64,000 nucleotides of DNA from contig CP068257.2 in NCBI GenBank assembly GCA_009914755.4, forward strand, positions 20,480,001 through 20,544,000. Reading direction: 5' to 3'. The position numbers and the translations under genes were made by a program. Of this stretch, positions 1-12,164 are shown piece by piece (positions within the stretch are counted from its first letter, which is position 1; each line of letters opens with the position of its first letter). This DNA comes from the human T2T-CHM13v2.0 reference genome, Homo sapiens. The notes below the pieces were generated by a model that did not search any database, was not told the origin of the DNA, and was given only the letters and a program-made list of their open reading frames with translations.

Positions 1-165
1 TACCAAATGTTATTTTCTCTGCCAAGCATCTTACAACTTCACCTATATATGTGGCCTTTTGTATTTTCTAACAAGTTCAGAACTTGTCTATCAGAAATAA
101 GCCAAAATAATCGACAATAAAAAAAATCAACTTTACCTTGACTCAGCTTTTAGTAGTAATCTTTC

Positions 166-960
166 TTTTTTTTAACTTTTAAGTTCCAGTGTACAAGTGC
201 AGGTTTGTTACACAGGTAAACTTGAGTCATGGGGATTTGTTGCACAGATTACTTCATCACTCGTGTAATAATCCTAGTATTCATTAGTTATTTTTCCTAA
301 TCCTCTCCCTCTTCCCACCCTTCACCTTCTTAAAGTCTCCAGCACATGTTGCTCTCCTTTGTGTGTTCATGTGTTCTCATCATTTAGCCCCGACTTATAA
401 GCAGGAAAATGTGGTATTTGGTTTTCTGTTCCTGTGTTAGTTTGCTAAGGGTAATGACTTCCAGCTCCATCCATGTCTCTGCAAAAGACATAATATTGGC
501 CGGGCATGGTGGCTCACGCCTGTAATCCCAGCACTTTGGGAGGCCGAGGTGGGCAGATCACCTGAGGTCGGGAATTAGACACCAGCCTGGCCAATGTGGA
601 GAAACCCCATCTCTACTGAAAATACAAAAATTAGCCGGGTGTGGTAGCACATGCCTGTGGTCCCAGCTGCTCAGGAGGCTTGAGGCAGGAGACTCACTTG
701 AACCCGGGAGGCAGAGGTTGCAGTGAGCCAATATCACGCTGCTGTACTCCAGCCTGGGCGACACAGCGAGACTCCATATCAAAAAAAAAAAAAAACAAAG
801 ACATAATATCATTCTTTTTATGGCTGCATAGTATTGCATGGTGTATATATTCTTATTTTCTGGTGCAACCTTTAAAAAAATTGACTTCTGACCAAATCTT
901 TATCACACTGCAATATGGATTTTACACTAGTGTATTTCTTATGTCTAAAATATCTTAGAA
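166..960 (-). mobile_element. LINE-1 3' end (ORF2 C-terminal remnant plus 3'UTR), 5'-truncated and diverged (L1P/L1M-like); interrupted by the Alu at 498-795
   Basis: The reverse complement matches canonical L1 3'-end motifs: ...gtttgttacacaggtaaac..., ...tccatccatgtctctgcaaaagacat|...|cattctttttatggctgcatagtattgcatggtgtatatat. The poly-A tail appears as ctttcttttttttt at about 166-177. Confidence 0.85.
498..795 (+). mobile_element. Alu (full-length dimeric, AluS-like) inserted into the L1 above
   Basis: Starts ggccgggcatggtggctcacgcctgtaatcccagcactttgggaggc and ends in a 20-nt poly-A at 776-795. A perfect 13-bp target-site duplication, aaagacataatat, lies at 484-496 and 797-809. Confidence 0.95.
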
Positions 961-1384
961 TGTATTTGTATAATATATTGGCAATCTAGATGAATGAGAT
1001 ATTGTTTATGCCTCTGAAAAGGAAAGTGGTGATCTAAAGAGACAAGACAAATTTCCTTGGGACTCCATATGTTTGATTTTGAGTACCTGATATTATTACT
1101 ACTCTGTGAAATCTAAGTCTGTCTTAAATTCTGTGTCAGCTTCTGAGCATTGAACTTTTATTCTTTTTTTTACATATCTTAAAGTTACTTTGAAAGATGT
1201 TAGATATAAAATACTTACAGTTATGACTTCATTTTGTATTATTAATACTGATTATACATAATAAAAAGGGTGGTATAGAACTTAATATTTTACTTCAAAT
1301 TCATAATATCATGAAATCTTGAATACATGTGAGATAAATGATTTGTTATTTAGTTCTTAATGTATGTTTATGTGATTACAATAG

Positions 1385-1800
1385 GCATCCCAACCCATCA
1401 ATGATAGGCTTAGTAAAGAAAATGTGATATATATACACCATGGAATACTATGCAGCCATAAAAAGGAATGAGATCATGTTCTTTGCAGGGATATGGATGA
1501 AGCTGGAAGACATCATCCTCAGCAAGCTAACACAGAAACAGAAAACCAAACACCACGTGTTCTCACTCATAAGTGGGAGTTGAACATTGAGAACACATGG
1601 ACATAGAGGGGAACAACACACCAGGGCCTGTGGGGGTTGGGTGGTGAGGGGAGGGGAACTTATGGGATGGGTCAATAGATGCAGCAAACCACCATGGCGT
1701 GCATATACCTGTGTAACAAACCTGCACGTTCTGCGCATGTATCCTGGTTTTTAATTTTAGAAGAAATCAAGAAAAAAAATAAAAACTAAAATTAAAAAAA
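1385..1800 (+). mobile_element. LINE-1 3' end fragment (ORF2 C-terminus plus 3'UTR), independent of the minus-strand copy at 166-960
   Basis: Contains ccaacccatcaatgatag...atacaccatggaatactatgcagccataaaaaggaatgag...ctcactcataagtgggagttgaacattgagaacacatggacatag...gtgtaacaaacctgcacgttctg, then an A-rich tail. Confidence 0.85.
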
Positions 1801-1900
1801 GAAAAATCCCAAAATTTAAAATGAACCTTGAATAGATAAAGCAAAGCATTCCAAGCCAAGAAAACTGCATAAGGACATGAGGATAGGAGAAGTGTGTATA

Positions 1901-1952
1901 CATATATATATACACTCACACACACACAAACACACACATATATAGTGGAAGT
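1901..1952. repeat. (TA)n/(CA)n compound microsatellite
   Basis: catatatatatacactcacacacacacaaacacacacatatata. Confidence 0.9.
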
Positions 1953-2940
1953 TTATGCATATGAGCAGAATGAAAATTTAGACTTGAAAGATACCTTTGC
2001 AAATTTAAGACCCAATTAGTACTTTTTAAATTTCCTAAGCTTAATATGAAAATTAATAATTATGTTTTTCTATATGGGATAAGAGGCAGATTTTAAATGA
2101 GAAGGACTGGGTCTGAGTCTTGGGTATGTTTTGATTAGTTGTATCATTTCCATTTCCTCATTAGCAAAATATAAACTATAATAATGTCTGGCAAACCCAT
2201 GTTGCATTATTGCTGCCAGGATCATATTGCTGTGGGGTTGAGGTACAACGTACATCTCCTCCTCTTTGGTGATTTCACTGATAATGTGGATTTAAACATC
2301 TTTAACAAACTGGGAAAGGTAGTAAAGCTTTATATAGATGGTACTTCTCCCCGTACCTCCTAAAATGTTTTCTTGATACTTTTTGGAGAGAGAAATTGGG
2401 CCTGATGCTGAAGGAGAACTCTTCTGTCCACTGCAAGTCCACTTACATGAGCAGCTAAATAAATGAATGGGATTCTGAAGGACTGTATGTGGAGAGCAAG
2501 GTTAACCATTTGTGCTTGCTGCATGAGGTGAGAAAATGCGAAAAGAGAATGAGGAAATTTCAGCTGGGTCCCTCCCTTTAATTTAGGGTTTCTTCCCACT
2601 CTCCAGTGAATAAGCAACGATGAGTGTTAGGCTGTTTATTCAGATACCCTCACGCCACTGCAGAAGCGAGTAGAGGAAGAATACAAGGAAAAAAGTGTCT
2701 CCCAGCCTGTGGAAAGAGGATGGCTATTTCATCCACTAAAGGTATTAAGCAGAAATGTGAGTGAAAGATTCTGTCATTCCCAAAAATGACTAAAATAATA
2801 TAAAATTCTAGAAATTTAAAATTACTGAGATCTTAATTTATTATCTCATAATACATAAGCAAAAATAATATAATCATAGAACTTATAGCAAGAAGAAATA
2901 TATATCATATCATAGAAAGAAGAAATTGTACTTACCTCTT

Positions 2941-3253
<313 letters not shown>

Positions 3254-4740
3254 TAAAAGAAGGGCTAGAAAATATCTTGAAAAATAGGCAAAGTTATATT
3301 GCAGGGACATACATGTGAAAATCCGAATGGAAAGCACTGTCTTGTCAGCATACCAGTTCAAGTATTCACTTTTCCCCAACATATATGGATGACATTTGCT
3401 AAGTCAACCAGTGCTCTGAGTTTTAATTTTTTGTTAGTAAAATGAGAGTATTTTACATTACTATATCTGAGTATCAATCTCTCTCTCTTTGCTTCCATTG
3501 GAAATCCCTAAGTTTGCAGCTGTTTCAACAGCTGAAAATGTCTCCAAGTACCCTGAATAATGACAAATATTTGATTAAGCGGTAGAGATCACACTGCATA
3601 TTTATCTTTCTTCTATTTCCGCAATAAGAACATGTTTGTTAATGACTATGGGCAGTCTTGAAGAGAAAAGAAGTTAATAGAAGGAAAACTGCAGAAACAT
3701 GCCAGAGAGAAAAAATGTAGACAAAATTGATACCACTGGTGACAGTGGGAAAGGGAGTATGGCCTAAAACTTTCTTTATATCACCAGTTGACAGCACTGC
3801 TTTATGCAACCCACTAAGACTTTAGAAATGACTAAATTAATATCTAGTTAGAGTTAATTTTGATAAATTCTAGGTATTACCTATTTTATGTAGCATAAGA
3901 AGAGTTTATATAGCAGGTTCTCAAATATCTCCAAGTAATTGGGTTTTCTCCCACATCCCAAAGGTGTACACTTTAAGTGAATTGGTATGTCTACATCATC
4001 CCAGGAGGAGTGAATGTCTGTGTGTGTGTACCTGAGATAAGATGATGTCTTGTCCAATGCTGGTTTCCACCTTGTGCCCTGAGCTGTTGGGAGAGGCTCC
4101 TGCGACCTGTGACCCTGAAGCAGAATAAGTGGACTGAATAAAGGAATGATGCGTATAAATGATTGTAAAATAAAAATTTGTAAAGTAGATTATAATTACA
4201 CAAGTGCACTTTAATAAACAAGGTGGAATCAAAGCACACAGTGAACGCACCATGTTTGTGATTATTTTTGAATTGAGTGCTGGATGGAGATGCTCCTGAT
4301 AATTTTCATTTTCCAAACATTTATTCTTGGTTTTAACCCACCACCACTAAAACCACAGTCACTGACTGATTCACTGAACACTGGGTAAATAATTATCATA
4401 CTTGTTTGTATTAATCTTTCTTATATATATATATAGCTCACATTTATTTTACACTTTATATTAGGAGGGCTGGAGGTATTTATTTAGAAGTTTGGAGATG
4501 TTTTTGTGACAACAAACATGCTGTAGGATCTTAACTCTTGTTTATATCTATTAACCTATGGTACAATTGGTTTTCTTACACATCGTTTTGCTTAAATTTG
4601 TGGTTTCCAAAAACTATGGACGATGTTATGCGAGGACTTAATGCATTTCAACACTGCCTGGGTATAGATGTTGAAGTTGAGTGAGTGGGGATTATAGAAA
4701 ACTAATACAAAAACTATAAATTCAGTGTTCAACATAAATT

Positions 4741-5435
4741 TGGCTGGGTGAGGTGGCTCATGCCTGTAATCCCAGTACGTGGGAGGCCGAGGCAAGAGAA
4801 TCGCTTTGAGCTCAGGAGTTCAAAAACAGCCTGGCCAAAGTGCCAAAACTCTGTTTATTAATTCATTTTCACACTGCTATAAAGCACTGCCTGAGACTGG
4901 GTTATTTATAAAGGAAAGAGGTTTAATTGACTCACAGTTCAGCATGGGTCAGGAGGCTCAGGAAACTTACAATCATGGCAGAAGGCTAAGGGGAAACAAG
5001 GCACCTTCTTTATAAGGCAGCAGGAAGGAGACTAGCCGAGCAAAGGGAGAAGAGCCCCTTATAAAACCATCAGAGTTCATGAGAACTCACTTATTATCAC
5101 AAGGCCAGCATAAGGACAGCATACAGGAAACTGTCCCCATGATTCAGTTACCTTCACCTGGTCTCTCCCTTGACATGTGGGGATTATGGGGATTACAATT
5201 CAAGATGAGATTTGCGTGGGGACGTAAAGTCTTATCATATCACCCTGTCTCTACAAAAATTCAAAAAGTAGCCAGATGTGGTGACAAGAGCCTGTGGTCC
5301 CAACTACTAGAGAGGCTGAGGCTAGAGAATCACTTGAGCCCAGGAAGTGGAGGTTACAGTAACCTTAGGTCACACCACTGCACTCCAGCCTTGGTGACAG
5401 AGTGAGACCCTGTCTCAAAACAAACAAACAAAACC
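4741..5435 (+). mobile_element. Alu (S-like) split by a nested MaLR LTR; left part about 4741-4842, right part about 5243-5435
   Basis: The left arm, ggctgggtgaggtggctcatgcctgtaatccc...gcctggccaaagtg, stops at the Alu position just before 'atggtgaaaccccgtctctac'. The Alu resumes at 5243 with ccctgtctctacaaaaattcaaaaagtagccagatgtggtgacaa...ctgcactccagccttggtgacagagtgagaccctgtctcaaaacaaacaaac. Confidence 0.85.
4852..5242 (-). mobile_element. ERVL-MaLR solo LTR (THE1/MST-type), nested inside the Alu
   Basis: Reverse-complement THE1/MST LTR. The 3' LTR end appears as tgtttattaattcattttcacactgctataaag...ggttatttataaaggaaagaggtttaattgactcacagttc. The 5' LTR end appears as tgtggggattatggggattacaattcaagatgagatttgcgtgggga...tcatatca. 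Confidence 0.8.
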
Positions 5436-7396
5436 CACACACACATGAAATCACCAGAAAAATTGGATGTTATGTAACTTTTAATTCACTTGCTAATTTT
5501 TTCTATAATGTATTTGTTATAAGTGATACAAAATCATCAAAAACATGTTTGCCAGATTTGACTTCCTGGTCATTTTATTGTAAATATTCAGAAACGATTT
5601 CCCTGTTTACTAAATCTCATGCAATCATTCAACTTCTTAAAATAACAAATCTTGAACACATGCAATATTGTAAACATTTGGTATGTTACTAAGGACTTAT
5701 CAAATCTTAAGGCATACAGAGAACAGATTTCATTAGTGGCAGAGAAAGAAATACAAAAAAATTAAGCAAAACTTGACAATGTAGGAAACCCAGATAATAT
5801 CCTTTATCATCACTAGTCCAAAAACATCTGAATCTGAAGATTCCATTGAAAATCTTTTATTAATTAGATGTGGAAAATCAGTTAAATGTGTAAAAAATAA
5901 AGAATTTTCAATAAGACCAGTTTATGTTGCTAAACCTATTCTTGTAGGTGAGTTTAGTTCTCCTCGGAGAAATGAGCTGAGGGCCCAAAATTGTAACTCA
6001 GTGAATTACAAAATTGTTATTGTTTCCCAAAGTATTATAGTTTCACATTTTCACGTTAAAATTTCTTCTTTTTGAAGATATTTGTTCCCTGTTACCTCTT
6101 AAATGTTCTATTTATATCACTCTCTTTTTAAAATTAATCACAGTTCAAAATCCTGCACCTGGTTAGATTTATTCAATTAACAAAATACCTTATTTTAAAG
6201 TGAGCAAATTAGCTCAGAGTCTCTTTTCCAATCTTTTCACTGATTGATTTGTTAAATCTAATTACAGAGTTGTGCCTTTATTTGGCATGACCATATAAAA
6301 GCTTATCCTGGACCCCTTAACAAACATATTCAATATATAATGACCATAAAATATCACCCATTTCCTGTGACCTTACCTTTTGCATGGCAGATCAGGAGGC
6401 AGACATAAATAATATGAGACTAGAGTCCTCATTAAGTAAAGGTACAGTTCTGTTTATTCAGTTTTCATATGGGTTTATACAAAGTCATGTGAAAATGAGA
6501 ACCGCCAAATCTTACTTTCATTGGTTTTGCATACAGCATTTCTGTTCATAAATAGAAGGAGCTCCTGATTTTAAAAATACTCCATGTAATTAGCAGGCAT
6601 TTAATCACACTCATACATAAAGTATGAGTAAGGAATTGAATAAACACCAAAGTTAGGTGTAGTGGGTTGAGATCCCACTTGTCAGCTATAACAGAGAAAG
6701 CCTATGATATTTCATAAGTTTGCATGTACTGTCTGGTGTTTTTGGGGCCAGGAATCCTTGGTCATTACAGGGGTCTGCTGCTTGAAGAATTACCTGATAG
6801 ACTGGTGAGCAAAACAGACATATAATATTATAAACCATAGCTACATTAGCAGCTTCTAAGATTTCCTTTAAAGGTAAATGGGTTTTGCATCTCCGATATA
6901 AACTCCCTAGAGAACTACCATATTTAAATTTTTATATTTTATAAAATGCTATGTCAAATTTCAATTTAACAAGATTTTTAATACACCTCACGGAATATTT
7001 TACTCTAGTGACGCCAATAAATAGCAATACGACCCTTTGAATGAAGAAGACTGTTTTTCCACTTAAGCTTTCTACTTGTATCTACTTTTTTCATTTTATA
7101 TTATTTGATCATAAAATTATTTAATAACCCTCAATAGCCTTCAAGGGAAAGTGGAAACTTCTAAATTAGTGCTTATGGTGAATAGTGATGTGACATTTCC
7201 CCAATTCTAGTTTAAATTCTACTATTCACTCTCTTTCTTTGGAATAAGTGTACCACTTACTCCAAATAAATCAATCAAGTTATGCTTACTTGAATGTAAA
7301 TGGTCATTTACATTTACCCGTAGCTTAACTTCTATCATAAGTAGCTACTCAGGACATGCCTGGCATATAAAATGTACCAAATTAAAATCAGTTTTT

Positions 7397-7695
<299 letters not shown>

Positions 7696-7859
7696 TTTGA
7701 TTCAAGACACTTTTAAATCATTTTGGAAGATGCATAGATATATGTATTATAATTATACATATATAGAAAGAGATTGATACACCTACAGAGATATGCAGAT
7801 TAAATAATGTTAATGTATTATTTCCCTATTGCTTTTCTGTTGTCTGTAACAAATTACTG

Positions 7860-8660
7860 TGAGAGCCGTGGTTTTTCTCCCGCCCCTCGTGACCAGTGAA
7901 CATGGCTTTTGCATGCAGTGAACATGACCAGGTTCCCAAGCTGGGAGGGGACAGGGCATGAATTTGTCAAGTTCCCTGAGTGCCTGTGGATGTGGGGGTG
8001 GAAACAGAACCATGTTGTTCTGATTTGCACCTTTGATGGCTGAGCCAAATGCTCATTCTATTTAGTATTACAGCCGTAATCTGTAGCAAAACGCTTAGCA
8101 TTATAAAGGAAAGATCAGAACCATTTCAAACCATGAGAGAAGACAAGACACCAAAGGAAGTCTGGGGTTCTTGACCAATGGAGCTCACCCTTGGGGCCTT
8201 CCAGCAAAAGATGCCTTCAGTTGCCCCGGGGCTTTACTCCCGACCCATGTGGTAGTTAGACCTCCCCGAAAGGAAACAGAGCATGAAAGAGAGAGGTGGC
8301 AGGGTCTTGGAAAAGAGACAGATCCGACAGTTTTCCATTTCAACTCACCCTTCTGATGAATATCCCAGATGGAGCCCCCAGATGAAATGGCCACGGCAAC
8401 GGCCACGACGGGCGGGGGAAAAACCACAGCTGCCACTGGGAGCCTGCACGGTTGGCTGGCTGGCGCTTGCTGCCCGGTGTGCCAGTGGAACTCTACTCTG
8501 GCCAAGGAATTCAGCTCTGTCTGAACAGAGGGGAAGCATACAATGATTAAGGAGACACATTTGCGCTGAGCAAGGGGTTCTTCCCCCAGGACCTTCCCCT
8601 TTTGTTCCTTAAACTGTTTTCTCTTGTTTTCCTTTTCCAAGAGGTTTTCTTCCCCAGCAC
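7860..8660 (+). promoter_or_regulatory. Putative 5' LTR of the ERV1 remnant (uncertain; no primer-binding site identified)
   Basis: Begins tgagagccgtgg. It is GC-rich and contains a ggcaacggccacgacgggcggggg motif reminiscent of HERV-W LTR17 'cggcaacggcaac'. It does not resemble the 3' LTR-like region, so it may be rearranged or may not be an LTR at all. Confidence 0.3.
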
Positions 8661-9201
8661 GCTGCTTCTGTTAGGGAAGTTAATGGAGAAGCGACCCCTA
8701 CTGGCTGATAACTGCAAATTTAGCGGGGCTCATTTGAGATAGTTGATTCATGCAGCCACTTGAAATACTTTTGAGTCCCAAACTTGATTACAAGCTTCAG
8801 GCTGAGGCCCTAGAAAGGAAAACCAGATCTGAGGGATCCAAAGCCAGGCAATAGGCACAATGTAAATGGACAGGACCAATTCCTGCTGACCAAAGCCCCC
8901 ACCCCACGGAAACAGGCCATGCTCTGTGGCGTAAATGAGACCTAGGAAACTCAAAGGTTGTCAACAGCAGGGAAAGATGGAGGCGAAGGTAAGGTCAGAA
9001 AATTCCTGTTCTCTACGCTTTCCCTGTTTTATGGGTGCATGCTGCATTGGCACCCATGAGCAGTACCTGCCAAGGTCACCTGGACACAGGGATAAAAAGA
9101 TGGAAGAGAAAGGGAGGGCACTTGTTTTCTCTCTCCACACCCCGAGGTTCGCTGAAAGAAGGAAGGGAAGTGAGGGACGGCTCTATAGCCTATCTTTCGG
9201 A

Positions 9202-10550
9202 ATGAGTAACCAGCTCTCTTCACCACCCCCAGCTTGTACTCTTCTGGAATGTATTCTAAACCATTGGAACTGCTTTGACCCTCAGAATCTGGAGGAAAAA
9301 AAATGTCTCATAGTCCTCTGTACAAAGATTTGGCCAAATTATGATTTATAGCAAGGACTGGCTTGGCCTCAGGAAGGAACCATTTATTTCAATACCATCC
9401 TGCAATTGGACCTTTTCTGTAAACATGAGGACTAGTGGTCTGAGGACCCATATGTGCAGGCTTTCTATATCTTGCAGGGCAATCCTGATCTTTGCCAACA
9501 GTGTAGGATTGATCCAGCCCTCCTGTTTGCCACTTCGGGAGAGGCTACCAGGGGCAATCTCAAGCAACTAAAGAAAGAAACCCCAGAGGTTCCCCCAGAA
9601 GAGGAGCCAGCTCCCTCCAACCCTGCTCCTTCAGGTCCTCCCCAACTTCCCTATCCAGCTTCAGCCTCTCACATTTCCCCTCCAAGAAATTCTCACCCTA
9701 GACAAGCCCCAGTCTTACTCTTGCCTCTGCAACAAGTGCCTGGTGAATTTGGCCCCAGTAAGGTCCAGACCCCTTCTCTTTATAGGACTTAAAGCAAATT
9801 AAGGGGGCTATTGACAAGTTTGTAGAGGACCCTCACAGATATATAGAGGCTTTCCAGAATTTCACCCAAAGATCTGAACTCTCCTGGAGAGATATTATGT
9901 TACTTGTGAATCAGACTCTGATGCATACTGAGAAGCAAGCCACTTTGCAAGTGACAGGGAGATTTGGGGAGGAGCTTTGTATAACATATAGCATCAGGGA
10001 AGACGGTGAACATTATCTAACTGGTAGAGAAGCAGTACCAGTGAATGACCCTGGATGGGATCCCAATGATGAGATGAGAGACTGGAATAGGAGACACTTC
10101 TAGGTATGCATAATCGGGGTCTTAAGACCAGGATCAAGCCTCCCAATTATGCTAAATTGTCCATGATCGATCAGGGATTTGATGAAAATCCCACTGCCTT
10201 CTTGGAATGGCTAAGAGAAGGCTTGGTAATGCACACCTCTCTGTCTCCTGATTCCATCGAGGGACAACTAATCTTAAAGAATAAGTTTATTATTCAGGCA
10301 GCCCCTGATATCAGGAGGAAGTTGAGGGAACAGGCCCTGGGACCAGATAGTACTTTAGAGAACCTTCTGAAAGTGGTCACCTCGGTCTTTTATAGTAGGT
10401 CACTGGAATGGATTCTTGAATTTATTATACCCAAGTAAAGGCCTGGGAAATGGATGGAGCCACTTCTGTCAACCCAGAAGAGTACCCAAAGTACCAACGT
10501 GAAGAGATCAGGGACCTCGAGCTAAAAATCACAAAAGATAAGTGTTAATA
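9202..10550 (+). pseudogene. ERV1 gag pseudogene (matrix, proline-rich linker, capsid), split over at least four reading frames by frameshifts and stops; no pro, pol or env SU follows
   Basis: The ORF pieces 8935-9351, 9454-9792, 9897-10103 and 10106-10438 translate to MSNQLSSPPPACTLLECILNHWNCFDPQNLEEKKCLIVLCTKIWPNY (compare HERV-W Gag PLRCILENWDQCDTQTLRKKRFIFFCSTAWPQY); TILQLDLFC...DPYVQAF; GEFGP.KV...SWRDIMLLVNQTL; and KTRIKPPNYAKL...NPTAFLEWLREGL..HTSLSPDSIEGQLILKNKFIIQAAPDIRRKL...LENLLKVVTSVFYSR (compare HERV-W ...LTAFLDRLREALRKHTSLSPDSIEGQLILKDKFITQSAADIRK...LEALLNLATSVFYNR). Confidence 0.85.
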
Positions 10551-11030
10551 ATTAACCTTCCATGGACATCCTCTATATAGTCTTGGCTATGCTTGCTGTT
10601 CTTACCTTTGTTCTGTTCTGTATCACGGGGCACGACAGTGTTTTCAGAATAATTAATATATTTCACTTCTTATTTCTGTAATTGTTGGCACTAAATTCTT
10701 TCCTTGTCCAAGACGCATGTTTAACCTATGCATACGTAACTTTATAAAAATTTGTTTTGTTTCTTCTCTCACACCGAGAGGCTATCGAACTCCAAACGGT
10801 CAGGTAACCGGAGCCTCGGACAATGGCTCCCCTTTGCCAAGAACCCTTAGGTAGAACTCTGGAAGGAATCTGACTTCCCTTTTCCCCAAAACAACGTTCC
10901 CTGTCAACATGAAGTAGCTAAGACCGGTCGTTGTCTATATTCTAACAGCAGTTAGGTGTGCCTCTTCAGAGGGAGGAAATGATACGGGAGGAGGGCAGGG
11001 AAGTGCTGGGTAGAGAAGGTAAGAGTCTCT

Positions 11031-11640
11031 GGTGAGAGCGCCACCCTCGGGCCTGTGCCTGCGGACCTAAGTGAAGACAGGCACTCCTGTTTTCACGTCT
11101 GAATGTTGCATTTTCCAAGACCACTCTGGCCTGCCAAGCGCCCCATACTGTGCCGGTATAAACCCGAGACCTTAGCAGGCATACACACAAGTGACTGAAC
11201 ACCAAGAGGAGCAGAGGAACAGAGCATCAGGGAATGGCAAACAGTGGCAGAGGAAGGAGAGAAGAAGTGTTTGAAGGTCGAGGGAAGTTCAGCCATTCTT
11301 GAGGAAGATTATCTCCCCGCAACTCCACCTTCCCACTCCAGATCCCTAAAGCCACCTCCACTACTTAATAAAGTCTCCACATTCATCACCTTTCAAACAG
11401 TTCATGTGAGCTGAGTCGTCCAGGATGCTGGACAAAAATCTGGGCGGGAGGTGGTTAATACTTACCCACCCGCGGGCAGCAAGGCTTGAAACACACACCT
11501 ACTTGGGCTTTGGCATCTATCCATCTGCATACTCCCCCTTCCCTCAGGGTTTGAGATTCAGGGCAACCCAACAGGTGAGCCACACCCCTGTTGCACGTCC
11601 TGTGAGGGGAATCTGGGAACTCTACCAGTTCATTATGCAT
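11031..11640 (+). promoter_or_regulatory. Putative 3' LTR of the ERV1 remnant (U3 with TATA-like box, R with AATAAA)
   Basis: A purine-rich polypurine-tract-like stretch, gagggaggaaatgatacgggaggagggcagggaag, lies at about 10966-11002. It is followed at 11031 by tgagagcgccaccctcggg. ggtataaacccgagacctt at about 11155 resembles the HERV-W/9 LTR 'atataaacccaagtcttcgag'. aataaagtctccacattc is at about 11369. The 3' boundary is uncertain. Confidence 0.45.
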
Positions 11641-12164
11641 ATTTTAAATCAAATAGCTCAGCTATTGAATTAAATTAAATGACACATGTTTTGGGTTGTA
11701 TTTATTAGTGTTAAATTTTAATTTTTTGATCTCAAGGACAATTTGTTATATATTTTTTAATATATTGATTATGGAAATGCTGAATTAGCTGATTTATTTT
11801 CAATGTTAATTAATATGATCGATGTCAAACTATCTACTGATGGTCTCCGCCATTTTTGGAAGACAAATCTAACCCTCTAAAACTTAATAGGTAGATATTT
11901 TAATTACAAAAAAATCCATATTACTGTCTAAACAATAGATAGACCACAACTGGAGTATTTTGCTGTATTAGAAGCAATTTCAGTTTATGATCTTACTAAA
12001 GAAAAATAACCTATTGCTAGGATTTAAGCTGTAAAAGTGCAACATATACTTATCTCTATTTAATGATCATTAATTTTATAAATAATATTTATATTAAAAT
12101 GTAAGCCATGATGTTTAAATTTAAATAAAGAAAGAAACTATATTACTGGTATACTAGTTAGGGT

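Larger units (their letters stand above)
7860..11640 (+). mobile_element. Class I (gamma-like, ERV1) endogenous retrovirus remnant, HERV-W/HERV-9/HERV-H-related. Layout: LTR-like 5' region, leader, gag pseudogene, large internal deletion, 3' LTR-like region
   Basis: The conceptual gag translation has frameshifts but is unmistakably HERV-W-group Gag (details under 9202-10550). The region is GC- and CpG-richer than the AT-rich flanks. The 3' part carries a TATA-like ggtataaacc at about 11157 and AATAAA at about 11369. Both putative LTRs begin with tgagagc, at 7860 and 11031. The outer boundaries are approximate. Confidence 0.75.

Noticed and set aside
8185-8640. The 151-aa minus-strand ORF and overlapping plus-strand ORFs in the GC-rich block
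   Set aside because: They fall in the LTR-like or leader part of the ERV1 remnant. The composition is low-complexity (PVAAVVFPPPVVAVAVA) and nothing resembles a known protein. The absence of stops reflects GC-richness.
11093-11135. A translated motif ECCIFQDHSGLP, reminiscent of the retroviral Env 'CCFY..H.G' motif, inside the 3' LTR-like region
   Set aside because: It is too short, and it lies downstream of the putative TM-anchor remnant where Env sequence should not be. I treat it as coincidence.
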